64,000 nt of DNA, taken from Macrostomum lignano. Its lineage: Eukaryota. Shown piece after piece: positions 1 through 12,584 of this stretch (position 1 is the first letter of the stretch; each line of letters starts with the position of its first letter). Position numbers and translations under genes: made by a program. Below the pieces are notes generated by a model. That model was not told the DNA's origin. It made no database searches and saw only the letters and a program-made list of their open reading frames with translations. The stretch is taken from contig NIVC01000983.1 in the NCBI GenBank assembly GCA_002269645.1, forward strand, positions 248,801-312,800, in the 5' to 3' direction.

Positions 1-37
1 TTCTATGGGGAGGCAGGATTTCCATGGAGAGGGGATT

Positions 38-2542
38 CCCGACCGGAAACAATTGTTCTTTAAATGCGTCAAATAGCACATAAAAAATAAATTGGGGGGA
101 ATCCCAAAATAACTGTCGAAACGACACGAAATTTGTGAGAATCGACAATTGGTGGCACAGCTTGGCACAAATATAACTGTGCCAAGCTGTGCCAACTGGC
201 ACATGTGACACAATTAAGAATCAAATTTTTAATTGTGCACTGCTGTGCCACAACTGTGCCACAACTGTGCCAGTTGTCTGAGCCATTTTTGAATGCTTAT
301 AATTGTGCACAACTGTGCCATAAATGTACCATTTGGCACCATACGAGTAAATGTGCAGCTAGAAGCAGTTAAACTAGCGCGTACTGTGCCATTTGGCGTA
401 AATTCTCCAGACGAGTGAATTGCAGTTTAAAGCAGTTGAACTAAGCGCATAATATGCTATCTGATGCTATTATAGTTGACCCGTTAGTCAACTACGAGTT
501 ATGAAGTGTATGTATGAAGTAGCTAACATTTTGCGAGAAGTCCTTCTCATGTTTAAATGAGGGAAGACAAATTGAAAAGAGTTGTCAATGTAAATTAAAC
601 TTTAAAATAATGTTGAGCGCGAACATAAACAGATTAAAACAGTTGGAAAAAGGGATGTTGCATAAATACGTATATATTTAATGGGAAGTAGCAAATAGGA
701 CAAAAAAACATGTATAAAACAGGAAAAAGGGGAGGCTGCGGAATTAAAAAATGCATACTAGAAGTTAACGGAAAGAAACATAACAGACAGCGGACATTGG
801 ACAGGAAACAAAAAACAACGTAATTAAAAAGCGCGGTGCATGAAAATTGTGGTGCCAGTCAAAGAGTTTACACTTCTAATACATTTGAAACCAAAACATG
901 CAATGTAACAAATTAACTACTGAGTCGACTACACGTGGCACAGGATTTTAATGTAACAACATGTATACATCTAATGTATACACTAATTTAAAAAGCACAA
1001 ACAAACAACTAGATAAAAAACAAGCAATTAGTGAAACCAACTCCAATACCTCTGTTCCCCTATACTTTTCTAGTTAGACAACAAGTCTGATTCCTGGTGC
1101 TATTGTAATTTACGAGTCTGGAACTAACTATAGTAATGTAGTTGGTTACTTTATGTGGGAAAGAGCATATTTCCAGGGGAAAACAAAACCAGAAACATGA
1201 GGGAGACAGACCAAGCTAGACGGGTCCCGCATCTGCCAAACAAGTTTAGTTTTGCTAGATGCAACAGCAGATATTCCGCGCTCAGTCCTCGCGAGTGCAT
1301 TAGCCGCCTCCGACTGCACATTGTCAGTGACATTGGCAGCCGCACCTTGACGAAGTTTCTTTACAGGCAAACGTCCGGATTGCTTTTCACGCCGACTGAC
1401 GGTGATGGAGCATCGGACGTAGGCCTTTTCAATCGCTTTCATTGGTTGGGATGTCGATTCCAGCCAGGTAGCAGGCGTGGCCGACCAGGCTCAGTAGCGC
1501 GACCGCTCAACAACGTTACCAAAATCTCGTCGTCGCTGAAGCACCCCCGCACCATCTCGCGGAGAAGTGCATGAGGTTGGCCGGAGTCGTTGGTTCTTGA
1601 TATATCCTTACTGGCCGTGACCCTGGTCCGAGCGACGTTGGACGTAAAGGCGAAACCGATTGGCTGCAGAGGTGTTTTTTAAGGATTGAAGAGCGTTTGA
1701 GAGTAACAATAGGATATTTGCGCGATCATAAATGAAGGACTATTAATTTCTTACCGTAGTATAATTTCTTTCCATTGTCGTAAACCAGCATGTTGTCAAC
1801 TGTGACGGCTGGGTCCACGAGCTGATCTAGATGGACGGCGAGATGCTGCGTGATCTGCTGCTTTAGTTCTTTTGTAATGGCGTCAATCAAACGCGGTTGC
1901 GCCATTTTCGAGCGTCTGAGCAGATCATGCCGCAAGTTGGGAGTGAAAACCTGCCGGTATCTGCCAAAATCGAAGCTACTGACGTCGCAGCCTCAGTGCA
2001 AGTTGCACCGGGTGTGCGTCGAACAGTTTTGTTAGGTAATTAGTAATAAAAAAGGTTATTTGAGCCAAGTGTGCCAAGAAGGACAAAGACATATAACTGT
2101 GCTAAATGTCATTGCTGTGGTACAACTGGTACAATTGTAGCAAGTGTGCCAAGTGTGCCAGTCTGTTTTAATAACCAATTAGCTATAAAAAGGATATTCG
2201 TGCCAAGTGTGCCAAGAAGGACAGTCCAAGACAGTTATATAACTGTGTCAAATAGTATAGCTGTGGCACAACTGGTACACTTGTAGCAAGTGTGCCAAGT
2301 GTGCCAATTGGTTTCATTGGCCAATTAGCAGTAAAAATACTATTTGTGTCAAGTGTGCCAAATAGGACATACATCGACATTTACAAACTGTGCCAAATGG
2401 CATAGCTACGGCACAATTGGTACAATTGTATCAAGTGTGCCAAATATGACATACAAAGACATTTATACCTCTGTCAAAGGGCATATTTGTGGCACAACTG
2501 GCACACTTACTGTTTTTGAAAGGACAAATATTTTCGGTCGGG
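38..2542. mobile_element. Non-autonomous/decayed DNA transposon, CMC (EnSpm/CACTA)-like, inside an RNF10 intron
   Basis: Imperfect terminal inverted repeats (TIRs): CCCGACCGGAAACAATTGTTCTTT at 38 versus AAAGGACAAATATTTTCGGTCGGG ending at 2542. A 2-bp TT duplication splits a host GGGGATTTCCATG repeat unit. Dense TGTGCCA/TGGCACA subterminal motifs occur at ~150-390 and ~2060-2510. CCC termini, a 2-bp TSD and subterminal repeats fit the CMC superfamily. Confidence 0.6.
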
Positions 2543-2705
2543 TTTCCATGCGGGGGGAGAGGGTTCTATGGGGAGGCAGGATTTCCATGGAGAGGGGATT
2601 TCCATGAGGTGAGAGGGGGTTCCACCAGGAGGGAGAGGGGGTTTCATGGGGAGGGAAGGGGATTTCCATGAGGAGGAGGTTCCCATGGGGACTGGGGAGG
2701 GAGAG
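2543..2705. repeat. G-rich minisatellite (~18-19 bp, GGAGAGGGGATTTCCATG-like), also present at 1-37
   Basis: Sequence 1-37 is identical to ~2564-2600, so the array flanks the 38-2542 element on both sides. Confidence 0.8.
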
Positions 2706-2821
2706 AGGCGATGTTTATGGACAATACGGAAGAAGTGTTAGTAATCAGAAGGATTTAGGCTGTAGTATATTGAAACAGTACCGGAGCAACTCTATGAGTA
2801 ACAAATTTCAGTCCAGCTCAC

Positions 2822-4894
2822 CCGATGTACTGCAGCGCGCACGGATGGCAGTAGGCGTGGCCGCACTTGGTCACCTTGGCCGCCCGAGGCCGGCACAGGC
2901 AGATCGGACAGTTGGAACCGGCCGCCGCCGGGGCGCGAACCTCTTCAACGAGATCCCAGGCAACTAGCAGGTCAGGATCTTTCATATAGGCCGTGTAGTC
3001 CACGCCGACGCTGCCGCTGTTATTGTCGGTATTGCTGGCCTCCTTAGCAACGGCGGCCTTGACAACGAACTGACAATTGGCCTGCATAAATACTTCTTTG
3101 TTGTAGAAGCCGGAGCTCGCGCTGGCGTCGTACCGATTGAAGCTGCTAATTTATTTAGAGGGTGGGTGATTTTAACTGCAGGTGATGACACTACTTAAAG
3201 TAGAAAAATGTGTGAGACAATTTAAGAGATCGCCACCGCTGAGTAGCAAGTGGAGTATATCCTAATGGATTTCCCATAGAACCCACGCGGGGGATTTACG
3301 ACAGCTTGAGTGACACGAATTGGCTGTCTAACCTAATCCCAACCCTAGCTAATATCTAAAAATTAACAGAAACCTAAACTAACCTAACACTAATCAAATT
3401 TTCAAGCCAAAAGTATACCAATATCCTAATTTTGTCACCAAAATCTAAAACCCTAATTCCTAAAACTCAAATTCATAAACCCAAACCTAAAATCCGAATT
3501 CCTAAAACCCAAATTCCTAAACCAAAACCTAAAATCCTAATTTCTAAAACTCAAATTTAAAAACCCAAACTTAAAATCCTAATTTTTAAACTCTAATTTC
3601 TAAACCCAAACCTAAAACCCTAATTTTTAAACTCTAATTTCTAAACCCGAAACCTAAAAAACCCTAATTTTTAAACTCTAATTTCTAAACCCGAAACCTA
3701 AAACCCTAATTTTTAAACTCTAATTTCTAAACCCAAACCTAAAACCCTAATTTTTAAACTCTAATTTCTAAACCCAAACCTAAAACCCTAATTTTTAAAC
3801 TCTAATTTCTAAACCCGAAACCTAAAAAACCCTAATTTTTAAACTCTAATTTCTAAACCCGAAACCTAAAACCCTAATTTTTAAACTCTAATTTCTAAAC
3901 CCAAACCTAAAACCCTAATTTTTAAACTCTAATTTCTAAACCCGAAACCTAAAACCCTAATTTTTAAACTCTAATTTCTAAACCCAAACCTAAAACCCTA
4001 ATTTTTAAACTCTAATTTCTAAACCCAAACCTAAAACCCTAATTTTTAAACTCTAATTTCTAAACCCAAACCTAAAACCCTAATTTTTAAACTCTAATTT
4101 CTAAACCCAAACCTAAAACCCTAATTTTTAAACTCTAATTTCTAAACCCAAACCTAAAACCCTAATTTTTAAACTCTAATTTCTAAACCCGAAACCTAAA
4201 ACCCTAATTTTTAAACTCTAATTTCTAAACCCAAACCTAAAACCCTAATTTTTAAACTCTAATTTCTAAACCCGAAACCTAAAACCCTAATTTTTAAACT
4301 CTAATTTCTAAACCCGAAACCTAAAACCCTAATTTTTAAACTCTAATTTCTAAACCCAAACCTAAAACCCTAATTTTTAAACTCTAATTTCTAAACCCAA
4401 ACCTAAAACCCTAATTTTTAAACTCTAATTTCTAAACCCGAAACCTAAAACCCTAATTTTTTAACTCTAATTTCTAAACCCAAACCTAAAACCCTAATTC
4501 TTCGACTTCGAACTCTTAGACTAAAGAAAAAGATTCACAAACCGATACTGCTGCTGACGCTGCTTGAACTGCCGGCGACCAGCATTGCTGCCATTGTCAT
4601 CATAGTAGACGCCCAACTCTCTGGCCACGGTGGCTTCGGCGCTGTCACTGTTGGTCTTTCGACCGCCGCTGCTGTTTCCGCGTCGGCCAGAGGCGCCGCC
4701 GGCCGAATTGCGCTGAACGGCGCTGCTGGCTCCGCTGCTGCCGCTGCGCCGAGACCAGTTGGCCGACGATGCGCCCCGATTGCTGGCGCCACTACGAGAA
4801 ACAGCCGCAGGCGGTCCGAATTGCTGCTGCTGGTCGCAACCAGGGCCACTGACGCCGGCACCACCGCCAGCATTGGGCAATTGTCTGCCGCCAC
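2822..4894 (-). CDS. RNF10: RING finger protein 10 (partial: exons 4894-4543 and ~3145-2822; the 3' part lies left of the window and the start codon was not found)
   Basis: NKEVFMQANCQFVV...DPDLLVAWDLVEEV...CPICLCRPRAAKVTKCGHAYCHPC matches the RNF10 N-terminal motif and C3HC4 RING. Donors are GTTTGT (4542) and GTGAG (2821), with compatible phase 2. Confidence 0.88.
3340..4500. repeat. ~38-bp minisatellite (AAACCTAAAACCCTAATTTTTAAACTCTAATTTCTAAACCC-like) in an RNF10 intron
   Basis: A homogeneous tandem array of roughly 25 units built from CCCTAA-like variants. Confidence 0.95.
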
Positions 4895-4994
4895 CTTTTG
4901 ATAGACAGTTTGTGAGTAAAATTACTTTTTAATTACAATGCAAAGGTGGGTGCTTTGTGCAATGCAGTTTGGGAAAAATTTGTACAAGTTGAAA

Positions 4995-5334
4995 GTGCTG
5001 AAATTTCAAGGCTTATAGGGGAATTGCTGAGATTTCAAGGCTTATAGTAAGGAATTGCTGAGATATCAAGGCTTATAGGGGAATTGCTGAGATGTCAAGG
5101 CTTATAGTAAGGAATTGCTGAGATATCAAGGCTTATAGGGGAATTGCTGAGATGTCAAGGCTTATGGAGGGGAATTGCTGAGATATCAAGGCTAATAGGG
5201 GGGAATTGCTGAGATATCAAGGCTTATAGGGGAATTGCTGAGATGTCAAGGCTTATGGAGGGGAATTGCTGAGATATCAAGGCTTATAGAAGGGAATTGC
5301 TGAGATGTCAAGGGTAATGGGAGGAATGCTGAGA
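4995..5334. repeat. ~31-33-bp minisatellite (GGAATTGCTGAGATATCAAGGCTTATAG core)
   Basis: About 10 tandem units; one further partial unit follows the MITE at 5507-5525. Confidence 0.9.
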
Positions 5335-5506
5335 CATACATGCGCAACCTTTGGAATCACTTGGCTGATTCTATTGGCAACACATACATGTAAGTCGCTA
5401 TTGGCTGAGAGCAGTCACATGACTACTATTCCGTCCAATAGCAACTTACATGTGTGTGTTGCCAATAGAAATGGCCAAGTGAATCCCAAGGTTGCACCCA
5501 AGCATG
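5335..5506. mobile_element. P-type MITE with asymmetric ends (CATACATGCGCAAC ... GTTGCACCCAAGCATG)
   Basis: 8-bp TSD TGCTGAGA on both sides, a near-identical copy at 47803-47978, and an internal palindrome. Confidence 0.85.
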
Positions 5507-7015
5507 TGCTGAGATTTCAAGTGTCATGGGAAAATAGCAGATTATCAGATTACCAGAGCTATTTATATCATATACAATATTGTAGACTTTCTTAGCTATT
5601 TGAACTTTTGGGAATATAAATATTTAAGTTTCTATCAGACAATAATAGTTGCCAAGTAACTACTTGAACTTTTAAGCCAATAAAAGTTTCTAGCAAAACA
5701 AGATATATTTTAGATATTTTTTTATTTAGGGCTAAGCAATAAGCACTTTTATAAATAGTAGGAGGCCTAGATAGTGCTATATCAAACTATTATAATAAAT
5801 TAAAAAATAGTTTATAAGCATTTGCTATTGAGACTATACTTTTATAAAAGATCATTAGAACAAAGATAGCTAAGGATATCACAAAAATTATTTTAAAAAA
5901 TAATTAATAATTTATAGAATATTGCTAATAACAATATTAGTATAATGTATAGGGGGTATAAAAAGCCTTAGGAATTTTTCACATGACTCTTTTTAAAAGT
6001 CATTGCAAAAATATGCCAATATAAATGTTTTATCATGCATGAAAGAAATATAAAATTATATTGCTTATAGCATAGGCCCAGCTACTTCAATCTGTTATAT
6101 AGTTTGCCAAAAAAGTGATCCCCTATACTTTAATTTCAATTTTTTTAATTTCAATTTTTTTAGTGAATAGAACTATTCACTAAAGAAATACTATAACTTT
6201 TTACAAAAATAGCCTATTATTGAGAGCAATCCTTAATTATACTTGATATTTGTTATATTGACAAAATAATATTGAACTACCTTTTCTGAATTGCATCTTA
6301 GAAGAATCATTTTGCATTAAGGTCATAGATATATGACATCGATTTTTTATTTTTCCCTGCTTAGAATCTTGTTAGAAACCATAAAAAATAAAAAAAATTC
6401 CAGAGGCTCTTTCAAATACCTTACTTATACAAATATTGTAACTCTTTTTCACTGATTGTGTAAAAATATTTAACCTTTTGAACAAATACTAAATACATTG
6501 GATAATACTGGCAAAACAGGCTCCTTGCCTGAGCCAAATTTACTACTACTACTACTGCTAAACTTTTTGCATCTTAAACTTTAAAGCTATTTTTTTAATA
6601 AGAGTATTTAGAATTTAGAATATAGTTCAAAGAGAATTTGCTAAATCTTAAAGTGCAGCTGCAATTATATATGTAGCTATATCTGTAAGTATTCAAATTT
6701 CCCACCTGGCTGAAGTTAGCCATCTTTTATTAGATGCATTGTCTGGAGTTTAATGCGGCACGAATAGCAAATTTACATACAAAAAATGGACAACAACCAA
6801 ACAAAAAGTTTACAAAATGGATGAAAGTGGAGAAAATATGACGCTTATCCAGTTTGGTATCCGGCTGTGCGTCCAGTAATTGCCCGATAAGTAATCCGGA
6901 GGAAGCCGGATGGGACAGCAGAGCCAATTCTGGATGAAAACTGGATGAAATGTATGGATTTACAGCCAGATGAGAAACCAGAGCCATTTCCAGATCAAAT
7001 GTATGGATTGGATAC

Positions 7016-8474
7016 CAAGGACTACTTAACAACTCAGGATGCTACACTCGCGAATGGTAGAAATTCTAGAAAAGGCCACTTGCTTTAGCTGTGTCTATGG
7101 CAATGAAGCCTTTTCACTAACATTCTTTCATATTCTCAATGCTGGTTCAGACCAGCACTGCTGGTTTGTAGCAATAATTTGTTTTGTCTAAAATCTTGAT
7201 AAATAGCAACACTCTTTTTCATCAAAATGCCAATGAAGTGCTGCATCCCTGGATGCAGAAGCAATTATAAGAGCGGTAAAAAAATTCACTGTTTTTGGCT
7301 TTCCAATGGAAGAAGCTGAAGCTGAGGCATGGGTCCATGCGTTGCCTGTGCAAGTTAAGGTAATTTATGTAGCCTTTTGAACCTAATTTTTTGTTTCTAC
7401 TATAAAGATACTTATATTAACTGAATTATGATGATCATTCCATTCTATCTGTAGAAGGCTAGCATCTACATGGGAGTCTGCAAAAATCACTGATGAATTG
7501 ACTGCCTTCAATGCTGTCAACAGAATTGTCTCGTGGGCACTATTCATTACGTCAGCTTTGAGCCTGGATTTTGTTACCTCCAGAGGCTGGATTGTTCAAT
7601 GTCAGGATTTGTGAGTCACACATAGATGCGCTTCAGTCAATCTGTCTAGAATCATATGATCCACATCAGCAATATCTTCTACATCAATTTCAGCTGAGAT
7701 TTAAACCACCCGGTGGTGCTCAGTACAACTGCATAGATATTTTGATGGCAGCTAAGATATATTTTGCTGGAAGACAAGCGTACCAAGCTGCGAGAGAACT
7801 AGCGTGTCTGCCTCATCCAGCTACTCTAAAATAGCACATCGGTGGACTTAGTTCAGTTGGTACAGATAAAGATTGTCAGCTTATTATTGAAGCTCATTTG
7901 AAGTGCTGCAGCCCGTTGCAGCGTATCTGCTCTATTGTCTTCGACAAAGTTTACGTGCAGCCTTCCTTACGTCTTTGTGGAGGCCACGTTATTGGATATG
8001 CAGAGGATGCACCACAAAATTTGGCAAGAACTATTCTAGCTAAGCCATTTATGGGAGCTTCTGCTTTTGTCACTTGACTCATTCCTATATACACTCTATG
8101 ACCATAATGAATATGCACACCATTGTTTTTTTTATGAAAATTGACAGTGATTGTACTAAGATTTTTAAACTTTGTTATAGCCATCTATGTTTTCCTTATA
8201 CAGTTATGTACAGAGTTTTCCGATTTGTTGCATATCGTACTTTTCAATTGTCATTTACAATTCTTATGCTGAGAATATTTGCATATATTTTTTGTTTGTA
8301 TAACTGTAAAAATAATTATTATAGTGCAAAACTTTTATAATTATCTATCACTTAGTACTTGCTTCTTTATCCAAAAGGCTTATTAAAAACCATAGACACA
8401 GTTAAAGCAAGTGGCCTTTTCTAGAATTTCTACTATTTGCAAATATAGCATCCTGAGTTGTTAAGTAGTCCTTG
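7016..8474 (+). mobile_element. P-element-superfamily DNA transposon, internally deleted, carrying a THAP/THAP9-like transposase pseudogene (~7226-8060)
   Basis: ~85-bp TIR starting CAAGGACTACTTAACAACTCAGG and a perfect 8-bp TSD TTGGATAC (7008-7015 and 8475-8482). THAP start MPMKCCIPGCRSNY...VFGFP...W (frameshifted). Further fragments LPHPATLK and VFDKVYVQPSLRLCGGHVIGYA...LARTIL resemble the P-transposase N-terminal/catalytic region. Confidence 0.9.
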
Positions 8475-10827
8475 TTGGATACCTGTATACTGTTGTTGGA
8501 TAATAATGGACATTCTAGATGCTTATTACTCAGCCTTAATTTGTGCTCCTTTACAGTGGCTTCCAAACTTTTGGCACAAAAATTGCACTATGTGGCAGCT
8601 ATTATAACTACAGCTCCTGCTCCTTATCTATAGCTGCTGCTCCTGCTATGATTTTGCTTGTATCTGTATGAACAAGCGAGGAGCTATAGATAAGCTTACT
8701 AGTAGAAAGCTTTTGGTAATTAAAACAGAGGTCAGAGGATTATAAAGGCATTAATCAAAACAGTAAGGCAATCTATATAACTTTTATCCAGAAACCTACA
8801 TGGGCGAATGCTGCTGAAAAAATTTGTAGGGCCAGCGCCAGTTTAATTAGTTTCAAATAATTTTTGACGCTAATGAAAAATATGAAACTTGAAATAAAAA
8901 AGTGCCACAATTATCACCTTTGTATAGAAACGAGTTTTGCACAAATTGCACTTAGAAGCTAGCGTACAGTTCAAAGTATAGTACAGTCCGCATTTTGCTT
9001 CTCCCAGTCTGTTTTTGAGCCTTGTGCGCTGAAAATTGACATGAAAGGGGACAGAAATGGCATAAAAATGAATTTCTTTTTCCCCAGGTATATTATATTT
9101 TAAAACACATGAATTTCACTTCAAGTGAACTCCCTCATCCGGATTTTGTCCATTTCACTATCCGGGATTTTTTCACTATAAGCCGGATTCACAGCCAGAT
9201 AAAAAACTGGAGCAACTCCGTGTAGAAATCTATGATTTATCCAACATTCATCCGCTTCTTATTCTAGTTCGCAGTCTAGTTTCATCTGCTGATCGACTGG
9301 AGCAGGAATCGGACACAATCCGGATAAAATGTGATCAATAAAAACACTTTTATCTGGTTTTGCTCCGGAGTTTCCTCCATTTGTTAGTCTGGTAAGAACT
9401 GCCATATCAAAACCGGATAAAAATTCTTTGAGGCTAGCTTCATATTGCTTGTTCTGGTTCTAGAACCAGAACCAATTTGTAAAGTATAACTTTTTGTCTC
9501 CTAAACTAGAGGGATTTTAGTGCTTTAAAATTGTGATTATCGAATGGCAATAGCCAAGAAGAAAGTGAAAAATTGTGCAAAGTGAGGCTGTTAAGGCAGT
9601 CAAACATTCAACAAATTTAAATAGGCCTAGTTATAACTGATTTTTTTCTTGGAAATCCAAACTGATTCTGGTTCTAGAATTGATTGCCATGAAGAGGCTC
9701 ATTTTCATCCGGAAAAGTAGAAAATTATGGATTTAACTGGATGAAGGCCGGGTAAATACCGGGTACCGACAGCTAGGCGGGTTATAGATTATTACAAATT
9801 TTATATTATAAGAAGTTTGCAACAGCTTTGTTTATAATGCTGTTCAGTTATTGCTAGATTTTTATTTATTCTCAAGTTGCTTAATTAGGGGTTTAGTAAG
9901 GCTATATAATGTTTAACTCATGACCCATAGTTAGGAAGGTGGCACAGTATGCACTGGAATAATTTTTTTGGGACAATCTGTGCGCTATCTATGCGCCATC
10001 TATGCGATATTTATCAAAGATTGAGATTGAGATTTATCAAATAGAATAGAAATTAGGCCTATAAAATACTTTTAAAATTTTATTAATGTCTATCCTTAAC
10101 CAAAGACAAAGTAAAACTTAAACCTAATAAAAATATTTACTTTTGAGAGTCTTCTGTTTACTTGCCATCATAAAAAATAGAGTCTACATTAATAAGTCAA
10201 CTGTAGACTACAGGTTCTGTAGCAGCCTATTTATTGATATGATATGGCCTATGTATGTTTGAATGTCACTAACCTTTATCAATTGCAGAACGTTGTGCAA
10301 GTGCCCTGTCCATCTCCTCCTGCATGAAAAAATAGCCAGCAAGTTAGGCTTTCTAATCTTGAAAAAAATATTCTTTGTCCAAACATGATTTAAAAAAGGG
10401 CAACCTCCATTATGTAAAATGAAAAAAAGAAAGATAATTTATTAAAGTTAGGGCTAATTTGAAAGTATTTGAAGTTGGTTTTAAGCTAAACTGCAATTAA
10501 GTGACAGATATATTCTGTCACTTTAAACTGACGCTACGCTTTGCCCAAGCGATAACACGAAGAATGGATAATACAGCTCAGAAAATGAGCGATAAACAGG
10601 AAAATAAAAGTTTTTATTTCTCAATTTTAGTTTAAAATTGTCCCTGCATATTGTTTATAACAAAAGCGGTATTGGCTCTATCGAGTTAAAAGTCGAATTA
10701 TCAGAATTTTTGGTTAAGCTAAATATTGATTCTATCTATCCTTTTTCTCGTGCTTTTGATGTGAATATCGTAAGGTAAGGTATTCCACCATTGCAGTCCT
10801 TCATTCAATTAACATGCAAATACAGAC

Positions 10828-10851
10828 CAAGGACGACTTAAGTCGTCCTTG
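10828..10851. mobile_element. P-element excision footprint (24-bp palindrome of fused TIR ends)
   Basis: ATACAGAC-CAAGGACGACTTAAGTCGTCCTTG-ATACAGAC. Each arm matches the 7016 TIR start with one mismatch. Confidence 0.85.
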
Positions 10852-12584
10852 ATACAGACATGAGACAACTAACTGTTCGGATTACAATTAGTTGTGTACG
10901 GCCTCTGATGAAATCTGGTTGTCTATGCTCGTACTGCGAATTTACATCTATTGGAAAAAAATTGTAAAATTCTTCAATATTATAGTATACAACAGACTCC
11001 TTTCAATAAAAACCTTTCATGGAGTTACAGTAGTACACTGTGTTAGAGAAGAGAACTACATATTAAATGTATAAATCGAAAATGACAATGTACAAGAATA
11101 TGCACTTCATGTAAGAATAGCATCCCAAGCACTTTACTACTTTAGTTTTTATTTCCTCTCTGCCTAATGTGAATCAATATGCCAATATTGCAGATGTACT
11201 TGCAGATGATTATTTAGCCCCAATGCTCCACTTGAAATATGTAGTAATGTATTTTTAAATGGAGACTTTGATAAAAATCGAATGGCAGCTATCATCACAA
11301 TAATTCGGCGCATAAAGAAAAAAGTTAACAAAAGGCTTAGCACATTTGCCTTTTGGAACCATAGACGGGGTACAAAAATACACCCAGACATTACGCGTTT
11401 GATATCAAAGCAATTTTATTCTGTACATTTAAAATATACACAGACATGACTTAGGAGTATGTATTATTAAACAGTTTTTATTGTTAAATGGAGTGTTACA
11501 CGATGTTATATAATTACAATAAATAACTATTAGTTGGGGCGACTAGAAACCAGCTCATAAATTATTTTGAATTACGAGCTATTTATTACTATTAGTAGTA
11601 CACACATAAACAGATCAGAAAATTAATCTTGCCATCATTAATACACAAAATGAGCTACATACACGCGTGCGTAGCTTACAGATATAAACACGTAGCGCAG
11701 CTTAGCGGTCTATAACGTATTAACGAAAAACAAAACAACGAGAAGCGCAGAATCTTTTTAAAGTGAAAATATAACCATTTTTGTATATTAATAAATACGA
11801 TTACAATTAAACATGTTCAGACAAACAAAATGGGAATTTGCCTAAATCTAAATTAATGATGCACAGCACAAGAGAGCACACAGGACAACCAGAGCACAAT
11901 GTTACAGTTAGCACTGGGATGAATTTTTTTGCGGCGCGCAAGCATTCAGCCTGCAAGTCGGCGCAATACTGATACTAGACATTAAATCAGCATCTTCATC
12001 TTGTTCACCGAATCCAGAGTCCAGACTCCCTTGGCTTAAGCTTGAAGTTGTTGAAACAAAGTAATTTAAGCAGCCCCCCCCAGCCAAGCCGATAAACAGT
12101 TTGTCTTCCCTCTTGCTCGATTGTGCCTGACTTTGACCTCTTTCCTAACTGCTCTCTCATTGGCTGAGCTAAATTGGGCCTGCTCCTAGGCTGGCTGAGT
12201 TTCGTACGTCTAACTTCGACCTTTCTCCTTGCCGCTCTCTCATTGGCTGAGCCAAATTTGGCCTCCCCCCTAGGCTGATTTTTGTAAGTCTTGCGTTTGC
12301 TTGTGTAAATTGAGTTAAATTCTGTTCAGTCTTAACTCCATATAACTCCTGGGGCCAAACCCTCGAGGAAGTAAAGGAAATTTTAGCTGCCAAATTATAT
12401 TTAAATGACACTGCGCAGACAAACTACTGAAAAAAGAGTGACATCTAGTTATTTTAGTACAATATCCGTCGTGAAAACTGATATGTGCAGAGATATTCAA
12501 GTAACTTTGAACCCAAACTAACTTAAACTACCGGTAGACACCGTAGACACCGGGTAGGCGTGAGTCAGCACATCGAACCGTCAA

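Noticed and set aside
9451-9472. 22-bp perfect palindrome GTTCTGGTTCTAGAACCAGAAC
   Set aside because: No TSD or matching TIR family was found, so it cannot be interpreted.
11910-12146. ~78-codon minus-strand stop-to-stop frame (…SLSQGSLDSGFGEQDEDADLM…)
   Set aside because: No recognisable homology, codon usage unlike the neighbouring genes, and no splice link to SPOP-like or RNF10 could be established.
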